A program made the translations under genes and the position numbers. The notes beneath the pieces were generated by a model. It searched no databases, was not told the origin of the DNA, and was given only the letters and a program-made list of their open reading frames with translations. 64,000 nucleotides of DNA from Vulcanimicrobiota bacterium (lineage in GTDB: Bacteria > Vulcanimicrobiota > Vulcanimicrobiia > Vulcanimicrobiales > Vulcanimicrobiaceae): assembly GCA_963833095.1 (NCBI GenBank), contig CAWHWQ010000004.1:96001-160000 (forward strand), in the 5' to 3' direction. This document shows positions 9,504-19,241 of this stretch, one piece after another. Position 1 is the stretch's first letter, and each line of letters opens with the position of its first letter.

Positions 9504-10459
9504 AGCCCTTTGTCACCCCGAGCATAGCGCAGCGGAGTCGAGGGGTCTTATTCGCATCCATTGCGTTGTTGCTCGCGGCGTGCCAAGGAGGCTTCGGGAG
9601 CGGCGGCACGTCGGCGCCGGGCGGCGTTAATCCACCGGTTGCATCGCCCAACCTGGCTGCACCGACCACGCCGACGCCCAAGCCCTCCGGTTCGCCGACG
9701 ACCCCGCCCGGCACCGAAGTTACGTATCCCGTCGCCGATGCCGCGAGCGGCATCAAATGCCCAGCGGATCAAGGCTTCTCGTGCACGCTGACGTTTGCAG
9801 TCGCCGTCGCATCACCGTCGCCTTCACCCTCATCGTCGGGATCGCCGACGCCAAGTCCCACTCCGTCACCAACACCGACGCCGTCGCCGACCCCGGTTGG
9901 ATCGTCACCGCCGCTCTTCTCGCCGACGCCCTCGCCGGCACCGACCGCAAGTGGAACGCACGTCACGCTTCGCATCGCCGGCCTGCCGAAAGATGCGCCG
10001 AAGATGAACAACCCCGACCCGAAAGCGGTAGCAACGGTCGCGCTGGTCGCACTTCGATTGCGCACGGACGCGGATGTCACGCTGACGGGCAAAGTGCTAG
10101 CGGATTACACACTCCCGCAAGCGCAAGTCGGGGGCCGTGGCTTCGCGGTGCAGCTCTACCATGAGGACGTGAGTAAGAAGCACAAAGTGACCGACACGTT
10201 CTTCGGTTCGTACGCAAAGTCGAAACTTGAAGGCACGACGCTGCACTTCGAACTGGATTCGCCGCCGCTGCAAATCAAGAAGGACGAGACGTGGCTGCTC
10301 GTACTCTACGGCGATGAGTTGCCGTCGGCGAGCGCATCGCCTAAATCATCGCCGAGTGAATCAGCCAGCGCATCGCCGAACAGTTCAGCGAGCGCTTCGC
10401 CGAGCGGGTCGCCGAGCGCATCGCCCAGCACGTCTCCCACACCGACGGTGTCACCCTGA
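9500..10459 (+). CDS. Ser/Pro/Thr-rich hypothetical lipoprotein
   Basis: Lipobox LLAAC; SPSP/TPTP linkers; ATGA overlap with thrS. Confidence 0.8.
   Translation: MKPFVTPSIAQRSRGVLFASIALLLAACQGGFGSGGTSAPGGVNPPVASPNLAAPTTPTPKPSGSPTTPPGTEVTYPVADAASGIKCPADQGFSCTLTFAVAVASPSPSPSSSGSPTPSPTPSPTPTPSPTPVGSSPPLFSPTPSPAPTASGTHVTLRIAGLPKDAPKMNNPDPKAVATVALVALRLRTDADVTLTGKVLADYTLPQAQVGGRGFAVQLYHEDVSKKHKVTDTFFGSYAKSKLEGTTLHFELDSPPLQIKKDETWLLVLYGDELPSASASPKSSPSESASASPNSSASASPSGSPSASPSTSPTPTVSP
9511..9545 (+). repeat. TGTCA-tagged REP-like element inside the lipoprotein signal-peptide coding region
   Basis: TGTCACCCCGAGCATAGCGCAGCGGAGTCGAGGGG matches the copy at 27550. Confidence 0.8.
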
Positions 10460-11466
10460 TCGTTCTGGGGATCGAGACCTCATGTGACGACACGGCGACA
10501 GCGCTCGTACGCGACGGGCGCGAGGTGCTCTCAAGCGTTTCCACCAACCAAGATGCGTTTCACGCAAAGTACGGCGGCATCGTGCCCGAGATCGCGAGCC
10601 GCCAGCATGTCGCGTTGCTCTCCGCAGCGGTCGACGATGCGCTCGGCCGCGCTTCGTTAACGTTCAACGACGTCGATGCGATCGGCGTCACGCGCGGACC
10701 AGGGTTGATCGGCAGTCTGGTTGTCGGTGTCGCCAGCGCCAAAGCGCTTGCTTTTGCGCTCAACAAACCGCTCTACGCCGTCAATCATTTGCACGGGCAC
10801 ATCTTCGCGGCGTTTCTCGACTGCGACGAAGAACCGCCCTACCCGTTTCTTGCGCTTCTCGTGTCCGGTGGCCACTCGCAGCTCGTTGACGTTCGCTCCG
10901 CAACGGACATGCACGTCATCGGTCGTACCCGCGACGACGCCGCGGGTGAAGCGTACGACAAGACCGCGCGACTGCTCGGATTGCCCTATCCGGGTGGTCC
11001 GCAACTCGATGCGCTTGCGCGAACGGGCAATCCCAAAGCGCATGCGTTTCCGCGCCATCGAGCCGACGCCGGCACGCTCGATCTTTCGTTCTCGGGGCTC
11101 AAAACGTCGGTACGGTATTTTCTCGAAACGGAACAGGGACGCAATGCCAAACCAGCCGACGTCGCGGCGTCATTCCAAGCTGCCGTCGTCGACGTGCTGA
11201 TGGCACGCGTCGATACCGCGTTTGCCAACGGCGACTATCGTGCGCTGGTCGTTTCAGGCGGCGTCGCAGCCAACTCGGAACTCCAAGCCCGCGTGCGCGC
11301 CTGGAGCAATGCGCGCGGCGTGTCCGCCTTCATTCCGCCGCCGAAATACTGCACCGACAACGCAGCGATGATCGCCGCCGCGGCGTATCGTCAGCGCGCA
11401 GTCGCGCTGGTCGATCCGCTCGCATTGTCAGCGGACCCGAACTTGCCCTTCGAACGGGCTAGTTAA
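10456..11466 (+). CDS. tsaD: tRNA N6-threonylcarbamoyltransferase TsaD
   Basis: The conserved N-terminus (M)IVLGIETSCDDTA is in frame from CTG 10456; GGIVPEIASRQH, VNHLHGH, SGGHSQ, DDAAGEAYDK, CTDNAAMIA. Confidence 0.95.
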   Translation: MIVLGIETSCDDTATALVRDGREVLSSVSTNQDAFHAKYGGIVPEIASRQHVALLSAAVDDALGRASLTFNDVDAIGVTRGPGLIGSLVVGVASAKALAFALNKPLYAVNHLHGHIFAAFLDCDEEPPYPFLALLVSGGHSQLVDVRSATDMHVIGRTRDDAAGEAYDKTARLLGLPYPGGPQLDALARTGNPKAHAFPRHRADAGTLDLSFSGLKTSVRYFLETEQGRNAKPADVAASFQAAVVDVLMARVDTAFANGDYRALVVSGGVAANSELQARVRAWSNARGVSAFIPPPKYCTDNAAMIAAAAYRQRAVALVDPLALSADPNLPFERAS

Positions 11467-11839
11467 AACAACTGTTCGGCCCCCAAAGGCCGACGGTCCA
11501 GCCGGCGACGCGATCGTGCGACCATTCTATGTTGACCTCTTTGTAGTACTTGTCGCAAAACTCGTCTTTGTATTGATACTGGATGATCTTCGAGGTAACG
11601 CCGTCTTTGTCCTCAGCGTCGAAGGCAGCATAGGGTTTAGGAATCTGCTTTTCGATCATCACGTCAACTTGCGCCCGCGTCATGCCCTTATGTAGCGCGC
11701 TTTGAACGATCGCGATGTTGTGATCGGCGACCATCGGCTCGAGGTAGATCGGCCAGATGATGAATATCCACACGAGAAACAGTACGAGCGCCGCGACAAG
11801 CACGCCGAAGGCACCAAGGATCTTGAGGCCGATTTTCAT
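11459..11839 (-). CDS. Hypothetical membrane-anchored protein
   Basis: N-terminal TM helix; LHKGMTRAQV resembles the SmpA/BamE-like motif; ATGA overlap with the upstream gene. Confidence 0.65.
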   Translation of the reverse strand: MKIGLKILGAFGVLVAALVLFLVWIFIIWPIYLEPMVADHNIAIVQSALHKGMTRAQVDVMIEKQIPKPYAAFDAEDKDGVTSKIIQYQYKDEFCDKYYKEVNIEWSHDRVAGWTVGLWGPNSCFN

Positions 11840-12528
11840 GTAAGGTATTTCGGCACGTTCGCCCCCTTGATGAGCAGATACAGCATGATTGCCAGCTCAC
11901 CGAAGAGCGCGGGCTGCGCGATCATAAATGCACGTTCATGGTACTGCGGCGCCATGATTCCGATGACGCTGAGCACTACGTAGGCGAGCCCGTCGATCAG
12001 CAACCAGTAGCCGATGAATCGGGGAATAAAACCCGACTTGATCACAAGTAGGCCAAACGGCAACAGCCAGAGTCCCCAAAAGACGCCGTTGACAACGTTT
12101 CCCTGGCTATGCAAATGCAGAAAGAGCATGGCTAGCGCATTGAGTTGGGCTGCCGTGAACGCCGCGAGCGAGCCGCCGCCGTGCACCAATGTCAGGGCGG
12201 CAATCCAATTCAGCGCGTTGATGAAGAATATCGGCGCGACGGTGACGCCGCCTAAGATGACCATCAGTACCGCGAGGTACCGATCCACATCTTTGAACAA
12301 ACGGTAGAGCGCAAGAACCAGAAAGATGCTGACGACGCCGCTGAACAAATCGGCAAGAATTGCCAGACGGAACATCGTCTCATGCGCTAAGAGGTTGGCA
12401 GCCGTTGCGGCGGCATTTCCGCTCACGATGAGCACACTTGGGACATAGATCAGGCTAAACGGCCCAGAGAGCGTCTCTAAGAGATAGATCGCCCCCGCCA
12501 CGCGCGCCGCCTTGACGGTTGGGTTCAT
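11836..12528 (-). CDS. DUF4386 family membrane protein
   Basis: ARVAGAIYL, AAATAANLLAHETMFRL, FWGLWLLPFGLLVIKSGFIPR, GELAIMLYLLIKG. Confidence 0.85.
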   Translation of the reverse strand: MNPTVKAARVAGAIYLLETLSGPFSLIYVPSVLIVSGNAAATAANLLAHETMFRLAILADLFSGVVSIFLVLALYRLFKDVDRYLAVLMVILGGVTVAPIFFINALNWIAALTLVHGGGSLAAFTAAQLNALAMLFLHLHSQGNVVNGVFWGLWLLPFGLLVIKSGFIPRFIGYWLLIDGLAYVVLSVIGIMAPQYHERAFMIAQPALFGELAIMLYLLIKGANVPKYLT

Positions 12529-12609
12529 GCCGCCCCCCTTGCAACCCCGTACAGCCAAGCGAGGCCGCGTGTTTCACCATAGAGAACTATAGGGGTGGAG
12601 GGCTGCGAT

Positions 12610-14922
12610 ATGCGTATCTCTTTCCCTGGATTGGCATTTGCTCTCGTCGTGCTGGCGGCCGCCTGCGGCGGCGGCGGACACGGCATCGTACCTGCCGCGA
12701 ATCCAGGCGCGAACAACGCCGCCGGCGGCGCCAACGCGCATGCCGTGATGGTCCTCTACGTGCCGCCCCCCGCTCGGCAAGCCGCGCGCAAACCGTTTTA
12801 CATCTCATCGGGAACGCAATCGTTTGGGGTGCTCGCCGTGCCGGTGTCGTCGAGCGAAACGCCGACGCCGTCGAACCTCCAATTCTTCCCGGTTGCGACA
12901 CCCAGCCCGTGCGCGGTTGCCAGCGGCGGCGGCTATAGCTGTACGCTCAACGTTACCGCGCCGGTTGGCACGGATATCTTCTATATTGGGGCATTCGCCA
13001 GTCCGAGCCCGGGCCCCAACGCGATTCCGCTCTCCGAATTTGCTTCCGGCGCGGTCACCGTCAGTTTGAGTCCGTTGCCGGGCGCGACGCCGCTCTCGTT
13101 TACACTCAACGGCGTCGTCTATTCCGTCGCGATCACCGTACCGAGTCCCGACGCCGGCAATACGCCCAACACCCAGATCTTGCCGGCCGGTACGCCCTCG
13201 GCCGCGTGGCCGCTCGGCATTACCGCGTACGACGCGTCGGGAAACGTCATCGCTAGCGATCCCACCAACGTCTTCACCGTCCCAATTGCGATCGCACTCT
13301 CGCCGGCGGGTGCGGGCGTTTCCCTGTCGACCAGCGGCGCAACCTGCAGTTCCGCTTCCGCATCGTCGGTGACCATTTCGTGCGCGGGCGATCTGGGTCA
13401 CGTGCAGTTCAGTTACAACGGCATGACCTCGCCCGATCCCAACGACCACGTTACCGATACGTTCACGATCGCAAACGCGACGCAGGTTGCGTCGCCGTCG
13501 CCGTCACCCGCTACCATCAAACTCGCGAGCAACGTGGTCACTTGGCCGATAACGACGAGCGGTGCGGGAGCCTATCAAAGCGCGTTGATCCGCATCGCGA
13601 GCGGCGCTCTCGTCTACGCTTCGAATACCGATGGCGGCAACCTCATCGGCACTCTGGATCCCTCGACCAACGCACTTTCGCCGCCCGCAACCATGGGCGG
13701 TGTCGTGGACATGACCGCCATCGCCATCAACACGGCCGGAAACGTGTGGGTCATCGACAACGAGAACACCTTCGATTGTTATACCTCACTCGCGAACGCC
13801 GAGTCCGGCGCGTCGCCGCAGCTCACCTCAATCGTGGCCTACTCGCCCTCCGAGTACAACATCGAGGTCGATGCGATCGCGTTCGACAAGGCCGGGAACC
13901 TTTGGTACACCGGCGAGGATTCCGAAACGGCGCAAAACTACGCCGGCTACTTCAGTTCGACGAATTGCGCTTCACCGGGAACGCCGCAGGCGCAGTATAC
14001 GCTCGCAGGCGATAGCTACGACACCGGCGGCGGAAACACGATCGGTGTCCTTGCAAATTCCGACGGCGTCGCCATCAACTCGTTCAGCAGCGACGGCGCG
14101 ACTGCCGGGTTGTACGTCGTGAACACCGCCGATAGCCCCGGTTCGGTCGCCGCGTTCACGCCGGCGTTGCCGGGCGCCACCTACGGCGGCGGCGTCGCGG
14201 TCGATGGCAACGGTGCAAAATACGCTGCGTACCTTGCAGACTCGAGCGGTGTGGCCGACATCGAGATTGCGCAGCCGCTCGGCACGACGCTCTCGACACT
14301 GTTGACTCTTCCACCGGCGACGAGCGGCGTCTATCCATATCCCGATCCGGGTGACGTCGCCGTCTTTTCTCCAAGCGGCGGTGCGGCTGACCGGCTCGAA
14401 TACACCGACAGTGACTTTGCCGCGCTGGGTATCGTTGAAAACATCCCCGCGTCGCCGCTGCCGATTCTCGTCGGCTTACCCAACGCCAACGCGATTTGGC
14501 AGCCGGCGTATAACATGCATGGCGGAGAGTACGCGATCTATGTCGACAACGCGCAAAATCTCAATATCGCACGCGTTATTCCGACGACGACATGGGCGGT
14601 TCCGCAAGTCCAGCTTGCGGCGTCATGTTTGGGCGAAACGCTGCTCGCGGTGCTCGAACGCGGTGACAGCGGGCCGTTCACGATCACGCCCACCGGAACC
14701 GTCAGCAGCACTGCGCTGCCGGGCGCCGATCATGACTTCTGGCTCGAGTTCGGCGGAGCAACGGGCGCGACGGTCACGGTTGCAGCGGGCGGACGCTCGG
14801 AAACCTACCCGGTGACCGCGCCGACGAACCCGCCCGTCGATTGCGACGCCGCCCATCGCCGCCTCAGGCGTTCAATTCACTTGCAAGCAATGCTGCCACG
14901 CGCGGCGCGCACGCCGCACTAG
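12610..14922 (+). CDS. Large secreted lipoprotein (Ig-like N-terminal domains plus beta-propeller-like region); paralog of 59749-62070
   Basis: Lipobox LAAAC-GGGG; RKPFYISS; IAFDKAGNLWYT and VAVDGNG propeller-like repeats. Confidence 0.8.
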   Translation: MRISFPGLAFALVVLAAACGGGGHGIVPAANPGANNAAGGANAHAVMVLYVPPPARQAARKPFYISSGTQSFGVLAVPVSSSETPTPSNLQFFPVATPSPCAVASGGGYSCTLNVTAPVGTDIFYIGAFASPSPGPNAIPLSEFASGAVTVSLSPLPGATPLSFTLNGVVYSVAITVPSPDAGNTPNTQILPAGTPSAAWPLGITAYDASGNVIASDPTNVFTVPIAIALSPAGAGVSLSTSGATCSSASASSVTISCAGDLGHVQFSYNGMTSPDPNDHVTDTFTIANATQVASPSPSPATIKLASNVVTWPITTSGAGAYQSALIRIASGALVYASNTDGGNLIGTLDPSTNALSPPATMGGVVDMTAIAINTAGNVWVIDNENTFDCYTSLANAESGASPQLTSIVAYSPSEYNIEVDAIAFDKAGNLWYTGEDSETAQNYAGYFSSTNCASPGTPQAQYTLAGDSYDTGGGNTIGVLANSDGVAINSFSSDGATAGLYVVNTADSPGSVAAFTPALPGATYGGGVAVDGNGAKYAAYLADSSGVADIEIAQPLGTTLSTLLTLPPATSGVYPYPDPGDVAVFSPSGGAADRLEYTDSDFAALGIVENIPASPLPILVGLPNANAIWQPAYNMHGGEYAIYVDNAQNLNIARVIPTTTWAVPQVQLAASCLGETLLAVLERGDSGPFTITPTGTVSSTALPGADHDFWLEFGGATGATVTVAAGGRSETYPVTAPTNPPVDCDAAHRRLRRSIHLQAMLPRAARTPH

Positions 14923-16262
14923 CGCTCTCATCGAGAAACGAGGCGCGCGTGCGGCGGGAAAGCACGTCGTCGACGGTGCGCGCCATCTCGTTGCGAATTG
15001 CATGCACGACGTCGTCTTCGGTGTACGGAAGGTCCGGGTGAAGCTTCGGCCCAGTCCCCGGCAGCAGTGATTCGTTGAGCGGCAAATCGTGCGTCCGGCA
15101 TGGCGCAGCCGCGAGACGCCCGACTTTGGCCGCGACGTCGATCGTGTCTTGCGCCATCTGCCGGTAGGTCGTCCACTTCCCTCCGGCGATCGTCACCAGG
15201 CCTGAGCGCGCGGTCTCGACGACATGCTCGCGCGACAAGCGCGCCGTGGTCGCTGACGCACCAGCGACGAGCGGTCGCAGGCCACAAAACGCCGCCGTAA
15301 TCTGCGAGCGCGCGATCGGACGCTCGAGGTATCGCGCTGCATGGTGCAGCAAATAGTCGACCTCTTCTTCGCTCGGAACCGGATCGAGTGACGGCTGCGC
15401 TTCGGCAATGTCCGTCGTACCGATGAGCACATGGCCCTGCCAGGGAATGACAAAGAGTACTCGTCCGTCGTCGGTCCTCGGTACGAGCAGCGCATCGTCG
15501 CCCGGAAACACCTCATGCGGCACGACGATGTGCGACCCACGACTCAGCGAAAGCAGCGGGCGTGATGCTCGATCGTCGAGCCGCCGTAGTTCATCGCTGA
15601 AGACGCCGGTCGCATTTACTACCACGCGCGCGCGTACGCTCACCTCGTCGCCGCGCTCTTCGTCCCGCACGCGAACTCCGGTAATCCGCGTATCGCTGCG
15701 CTCAAACCCGACCACCCGCGCGTAGTTGACCACGACAGCGCCGCGATCGATCCCGGTACGTGCTAGCGCAATCGCGAGGCGCGAGTCGTCAAACTGTCCG
15801 TCGTGATAACGGATCGACCCACGCAGCCCCCGCGCGCGCAGCGCCGGCAAATGCTCGAGTGTTTCGCGCCGGTTCAGATAGCGGCTGCGGCCAAAACCGG
15901 AGGCGCCCGCGAGCATATCGTACGCAGTCAGTCCGGCAAAATAGTACGGTGCTTCGTACCAGCGATAGGCCGGACAGATGAAGCCCACATCGTTCACCAG
16001 ATGTGGCGCGTTTTTGCGGAGGATCGCGCGCTCGCGCAGTGCCTCGCGCACCAAGTGGATATCGCCTTCGGCCAGGTAACGCACACCGCCGTGAATCAAT
16101 TTGGTCGAGCGGCTCGAGGTGGCTTTGGCGAAGTCGACGCGCCTCGACGAGCGCGGTTTTATATCCGCGCGAGACCGCATCGACCGCGGCGCCAAGCCCG
16201 CTTGCGCCGCCACCGATGATCGCGATATCGAAGTCGTCGTCGAGCGCGCCGAAGTTACGCAC
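14864..16262 (-). CDS. glpD: FAD-dependent glycerol-3-phosphate dehydrogenase, one frameshift near 16140
   Basis: [18 protein letters not shown] in one frame; [31 protein letters not shown] and [15 protein letters not shown] in the next. Starts at GTG 16262, overlapping the glpK stop. Confidence 0.9.
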
Positions 16263-17736
16263 GGGCTTTCCGAACCGCGTTTGCCCACCCGGCGAGCAGC
16301 TTCTCTCGCACCCGTGCATCGATCGCGGGACGAAAGCGATGCTGTTCTTGCCACAGCTTTGCGAGCTCATCCGTATCGTTCCAATATCCAACTTGCAAGC
16401 CGGCGCAGAACGCGGCACCCAGTGCGGTGGTTTCGGTTACGCGCGGCCGCGCGACATCCACGCCTAAGACATCGGCTTGAAACTGCATCAGCAGATCGTT
16501 CACGACGGCGCCGCCGTCGACGCGCAATTCGCGCAGCGCGACGCCCGAATCGCTCTCCATTGCGCGGACGACGTCGTAGCTCTGATAGGCAATCGATTCG
16601 AGCGTGGCCCGCGCCAGGTGTTCCTTGGTACTCCCGCGCGTGAGCCCAACAATCGTGCCGCGCGCGTATGGATCCCAGTACGGCGCACCAAGGCCGGTAA
16701 ACGCGGGAACGAAATACACACCGGCGGTGTTCGTCACGCGCGCCGCAAGCGGCTCGATCTCCGCCGCCGTCGCGATGATGCCGAGGCCGTCGCGCAGCCA
16801 TTGCACTGCCGATCCCGTGACGAAGACTGAGCCTTCGAGCGCATAAGTCGCGACCCCGCGCTGCGCCGAGAAGCCGACGGTCGCGAGCAGTCCGTTCTTG
16901 CTGCGCACGATCTCATCGCCGGTATTGAGCATCACAAACGATCCCGTGCCATAGGTATTCTTTGCAAGGCCTTTAACAAAACCGGCCTGTCCGGCCAGCG
17001 CCGCCTGCTGATCTCCCACGACACCCGCAATCGGTACTGCGGCGCCGAGCAGGCTTGCGTCGACGGCACCGAACTCTGCGACGCAGGGACGCACATCCGG
17101 CAGCAGCGCGCGCGGGACGTTGAAGATCCGCAGCAACTCGTCGTCCCAATCCAGCGTGCGCAAATTGAAAAGCAGCGTGCGTGAGGCGTTGGTGTAGTCG
17201 GTCGCGTGAACGGCGCCGGCGGTAAGGTTGTGAATCAGCCAGCTGTCGACCGTGCCGAAAGCGATCTCGCCGCGTTCCGCTCGCGCGCGCAAGCCGTCGA
17301 CGTTATCGAGAATCCAGGCGATTTTCGTCGCCGAGAAATACGGATCCAGTAAAAGCCCTGTTTTCTCGGCGACCGTCGGCGCGTAGCCCTGCGCCTCGAG
17401 CGTTTCGCACATCGGCGCGGTGCGCCGGTCTTGCCAGACGATCGAGTTATAGACGGGACGGCCGGTCACGCGATCCCACAGCGTCGTCGTTTCGCGCTGA
17501 TTGCTGACCCCGATCGCTGCGAGCTCGCTCGCCGTTATGCCCGCATTTCGCAGCGCGCCCTGCGCCGTCTCGACCTGCGAGCGCCAAATGTCGTCCGGGT
17601 CGTGTTCGACCCAGCCCGGCTGCGGAAAGTGCTGCGCAAATTCGCGCTGATCGACGCCGCGAATCGCGCCGGCGTGATCGAACACGATCGCGCGCGAGCT
17701 CGTCGTGCCCTGATCCAGCGCGAGGATGAACGCCAT
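16255..17736 (-). CDS. glpK: Glycerol kinase
   Basis: [51 protein letters not shown]. Confidence 0.97.
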   Translation of the reverse strand: MAFILALDQGTTSSRAIVFDHAGAIRGVDQREFAQHFPQPGWVEHDPDDIWRSQVETAQGALRNAGITASELAAIGVSNQRETTTLWDRVTGRPVYNSIVWQDRRTAPMCETLEAQGYAPTVAEKTGLLLDPYFSATKIAWILDNVDGLRARAERGEIAFGTVDSWLIHNLTAGAVHATDYTNASRTLLFNLRTLDWDDELLRIFNVPRALLPDVRPCVAEFGAVDASLLGAAVPIAGVVGDQQAALAGQAGFVKGLAKNTYGTGSFVMLNTGDEIVRSKNGLLATVGFSAQRGVATYALEGSVFVTGSAVQWLRDGLGIIATAAEIEPLAARVTNTAGVYFVPAFTGLGAPYWDPYARGTIVGLTRGSTKEHLARATLESIAYQSYDVVRAMESDSGVALRELRVDGGAVVNDLLMQFQADVLGVDVARPRVTETTALGAAFCAGLQVGYWNDTDELAKLWQEQHRFRPAIDARVREKLLAGWANAVRKARA

Positions 17737-17773
17737 GCGGCTCTCTCAACCGCAAGGCGTGCGCTTCCTGCCT

Positions 17774-18127
17774 CTAGCCGCGGGGTGCGCTGGTATCCAT
17801 AAAGGCTTCTTCGAAAACCTCGCCGCTGCGATCGCGCCGCGAACGATCATAGTACGCCGGCGGCGAATAGACGTTGAGCGTCACGGCTTCGTCATCCGAA
17901 GCGCCGACGAACTGATGCGCGACCCCGCGCCGCACGATGGCGCTGTCGCCTGCCCGCATGCGAACGTTCTGCTGCCCGATCTTCGCATCGACCTCGCCTC
18001 GAACGACCACCAACACTTGTACGCTCTCGGCGTGCTCGTTGCCGAGTGGCCCGCTTTCTTCCCCGCGGGCCAAGCGCATCTCCGCCGTCTGAACGCCGTC
18101 TTCTGTGCTCAGTACTTTGAAATCCAT
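17774..18127 (-). CDS. Cupin domain protein
   Basis: NEHAESVQVLVVVRGE...AGDSAIVRRGVAH...TLNVYSPPAY. Confidence 0.8.
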   Translation of the reverse strand: MDFKVLSTEDGVQTAEMRLARGEESGPLGNEHAESVQVLVVVRGEVDAKIGQQNVRMRAGDSAIVRRGVAHQFVGASDDEAVTLNVYSPPAYYDRSRRDRSGEVFEEAFMDTSAPRG

Positions 18128-18167
18128 GCTAGGCTAATACCCAGAGCGTCGCGGGTACAACACAACC

Positions 18168-18446
18168 ATGCCTGCCAAGAAATGGTCCCAAGACGTAACC
18201 CAACACAGCAACGCGCTCGATCTCGAGCAATCGGTCTTTACCAAGGATGATCCTAAAGAGATCGCGCGCTCGCTCAAGCGCTCGGCCGAGCGGAGCTCCC
18301 GGCGCAAGAGCAACCCATATCGCTCCGCGATGTCGATGCTAACGTTCTACATCAACCGTGCGGGTAAGGGCCTCTCGAAGAAGCAGCTGCGTGTGCTCGA
18401 GCGCGCCAAAGACGAACTACGCGTCGCTTTCGGGCGCGTACGGTAA
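18168..18446 (+). CDS. DUF3175 family protein
   Basis: KWSQDVTQHSNALDLE...IARSLKRSAE...YRSAMSMLTFYINRAG. Confidence 0.85.
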   Translation: MPAKKWSQDVTQHSNALDLEQSVFTKDDPKEIARSLKRSAERSSRRKSNPYRSAMSMLTFYINRAGKGLSKKQLRVLERAKDELRVAFGRVR

Positions 18447-18454
18447 TTCATCGC

Positions 18455-18712
18455 CTACTTGCGCTTGCGCGCGGGCACCTTCCCGCCTTCACGCCGCGCT
18501 TCGCTCAATCCGATCGCGATTGCTTGCTTGCGGCTCGTGACTTTCTTCCCCGAGCGCCCCGACTTGAGTTTCCCGGCCTTCATCTCTTCCATAGTGCGCT
18601 TGACCTTTTGGCCGGCCTTAGCGCCGTACTTGCGCCTCGTCTTCTTCTTGCGCGTCGTGGTCTTTTTCGCCGTCGTCTTTTTACGGGTGGTCGTTTTCTT
18701 GCGTGCCGCCAT
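18455..18712 (-). CDS. Small basic Lys/Arg-rich protein (DUF6496-like)
   Basis: GKLKSGRSGKKVTSRKQAIAIGLSEARREG; histone-like KKTT N-terminus. Confidence 0.8.
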   Translation of the reverse strand: MAARKKTTTRKKTTAKKTTTRKKKTRRKYGAKAGQKVKRTMEEMKAGKLKSGRSGKKVTSRKQAIAIGLSEARREGGKVPARKRK

Positions 18713-18713
18713 G

Positions 18714-19214
18714 TCATGCGCTCATTTCGTAGTGCAGCGCGCCACGGAATTGTTTGACGGAACGCGTCAGAGACGCAGCCTGCTCCTCGTCGGCCTCCTC
18801 GCGCAGATGCACGAAGGCCTTGCGCTCTTCGTCCTCGATGTGCTCGAGGACGGCGTCGCGCAGCGTCTGGGCGGTGACGGCAAAGGCGTCTTCTTCGCCG
18901 CGGCCCTCTTTCAACATCGAATCGAGCTCGAATACGACGACGTCGGCTTGCGCGGTCTCATGATAGAGATGTTGCGCCTCAGCCTTCTTGCGCGCTAGTC
19001 GCTCGATTGCCGGATAGACCAAGTTTTCTTCAGTCGCGTTGTGAATCGTAAGCGCGGCTTTAAGCTCTTCGAGCGCGCTTTTGCGCTCGCCGTTGTCGAC
19101 CGCGGAGGTCAGGCGCTCGAGCAATCCTTCGATGAGCCGATGGTCGTTCATCAGGATTTCGACGGCGTCACCGCCCTTGGTTGGTAGCTTGTATGGGGCC
19201 TTCTGCATCTTCAC
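18714..19214 (-). CDS. Hemerythrin (HHE) domain protein
   Basis: DAVEILMNDHR, HNATEENLVYP, HIEDEE; AAGGAG RBS. Confidence 0.85.
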   Translation of the reverse strand: MKMQKAPYKLPTKGGDAVEILMNDHRLIEGLLERLTSAVDNGERKSALEELKAALTIHNATEENLVYPAIERLARKKAEAQHLYHETAQADVVVFELDSMLKEGRGEEDAFAVTAQTLRDAVLEHIEDEERKAFVHLREEADEEQAASLTRSVKQFRGALHYEMSA

Positions 19215-19241
19215 ATCTCCTTGATATGAAGCTTCCGTTCC

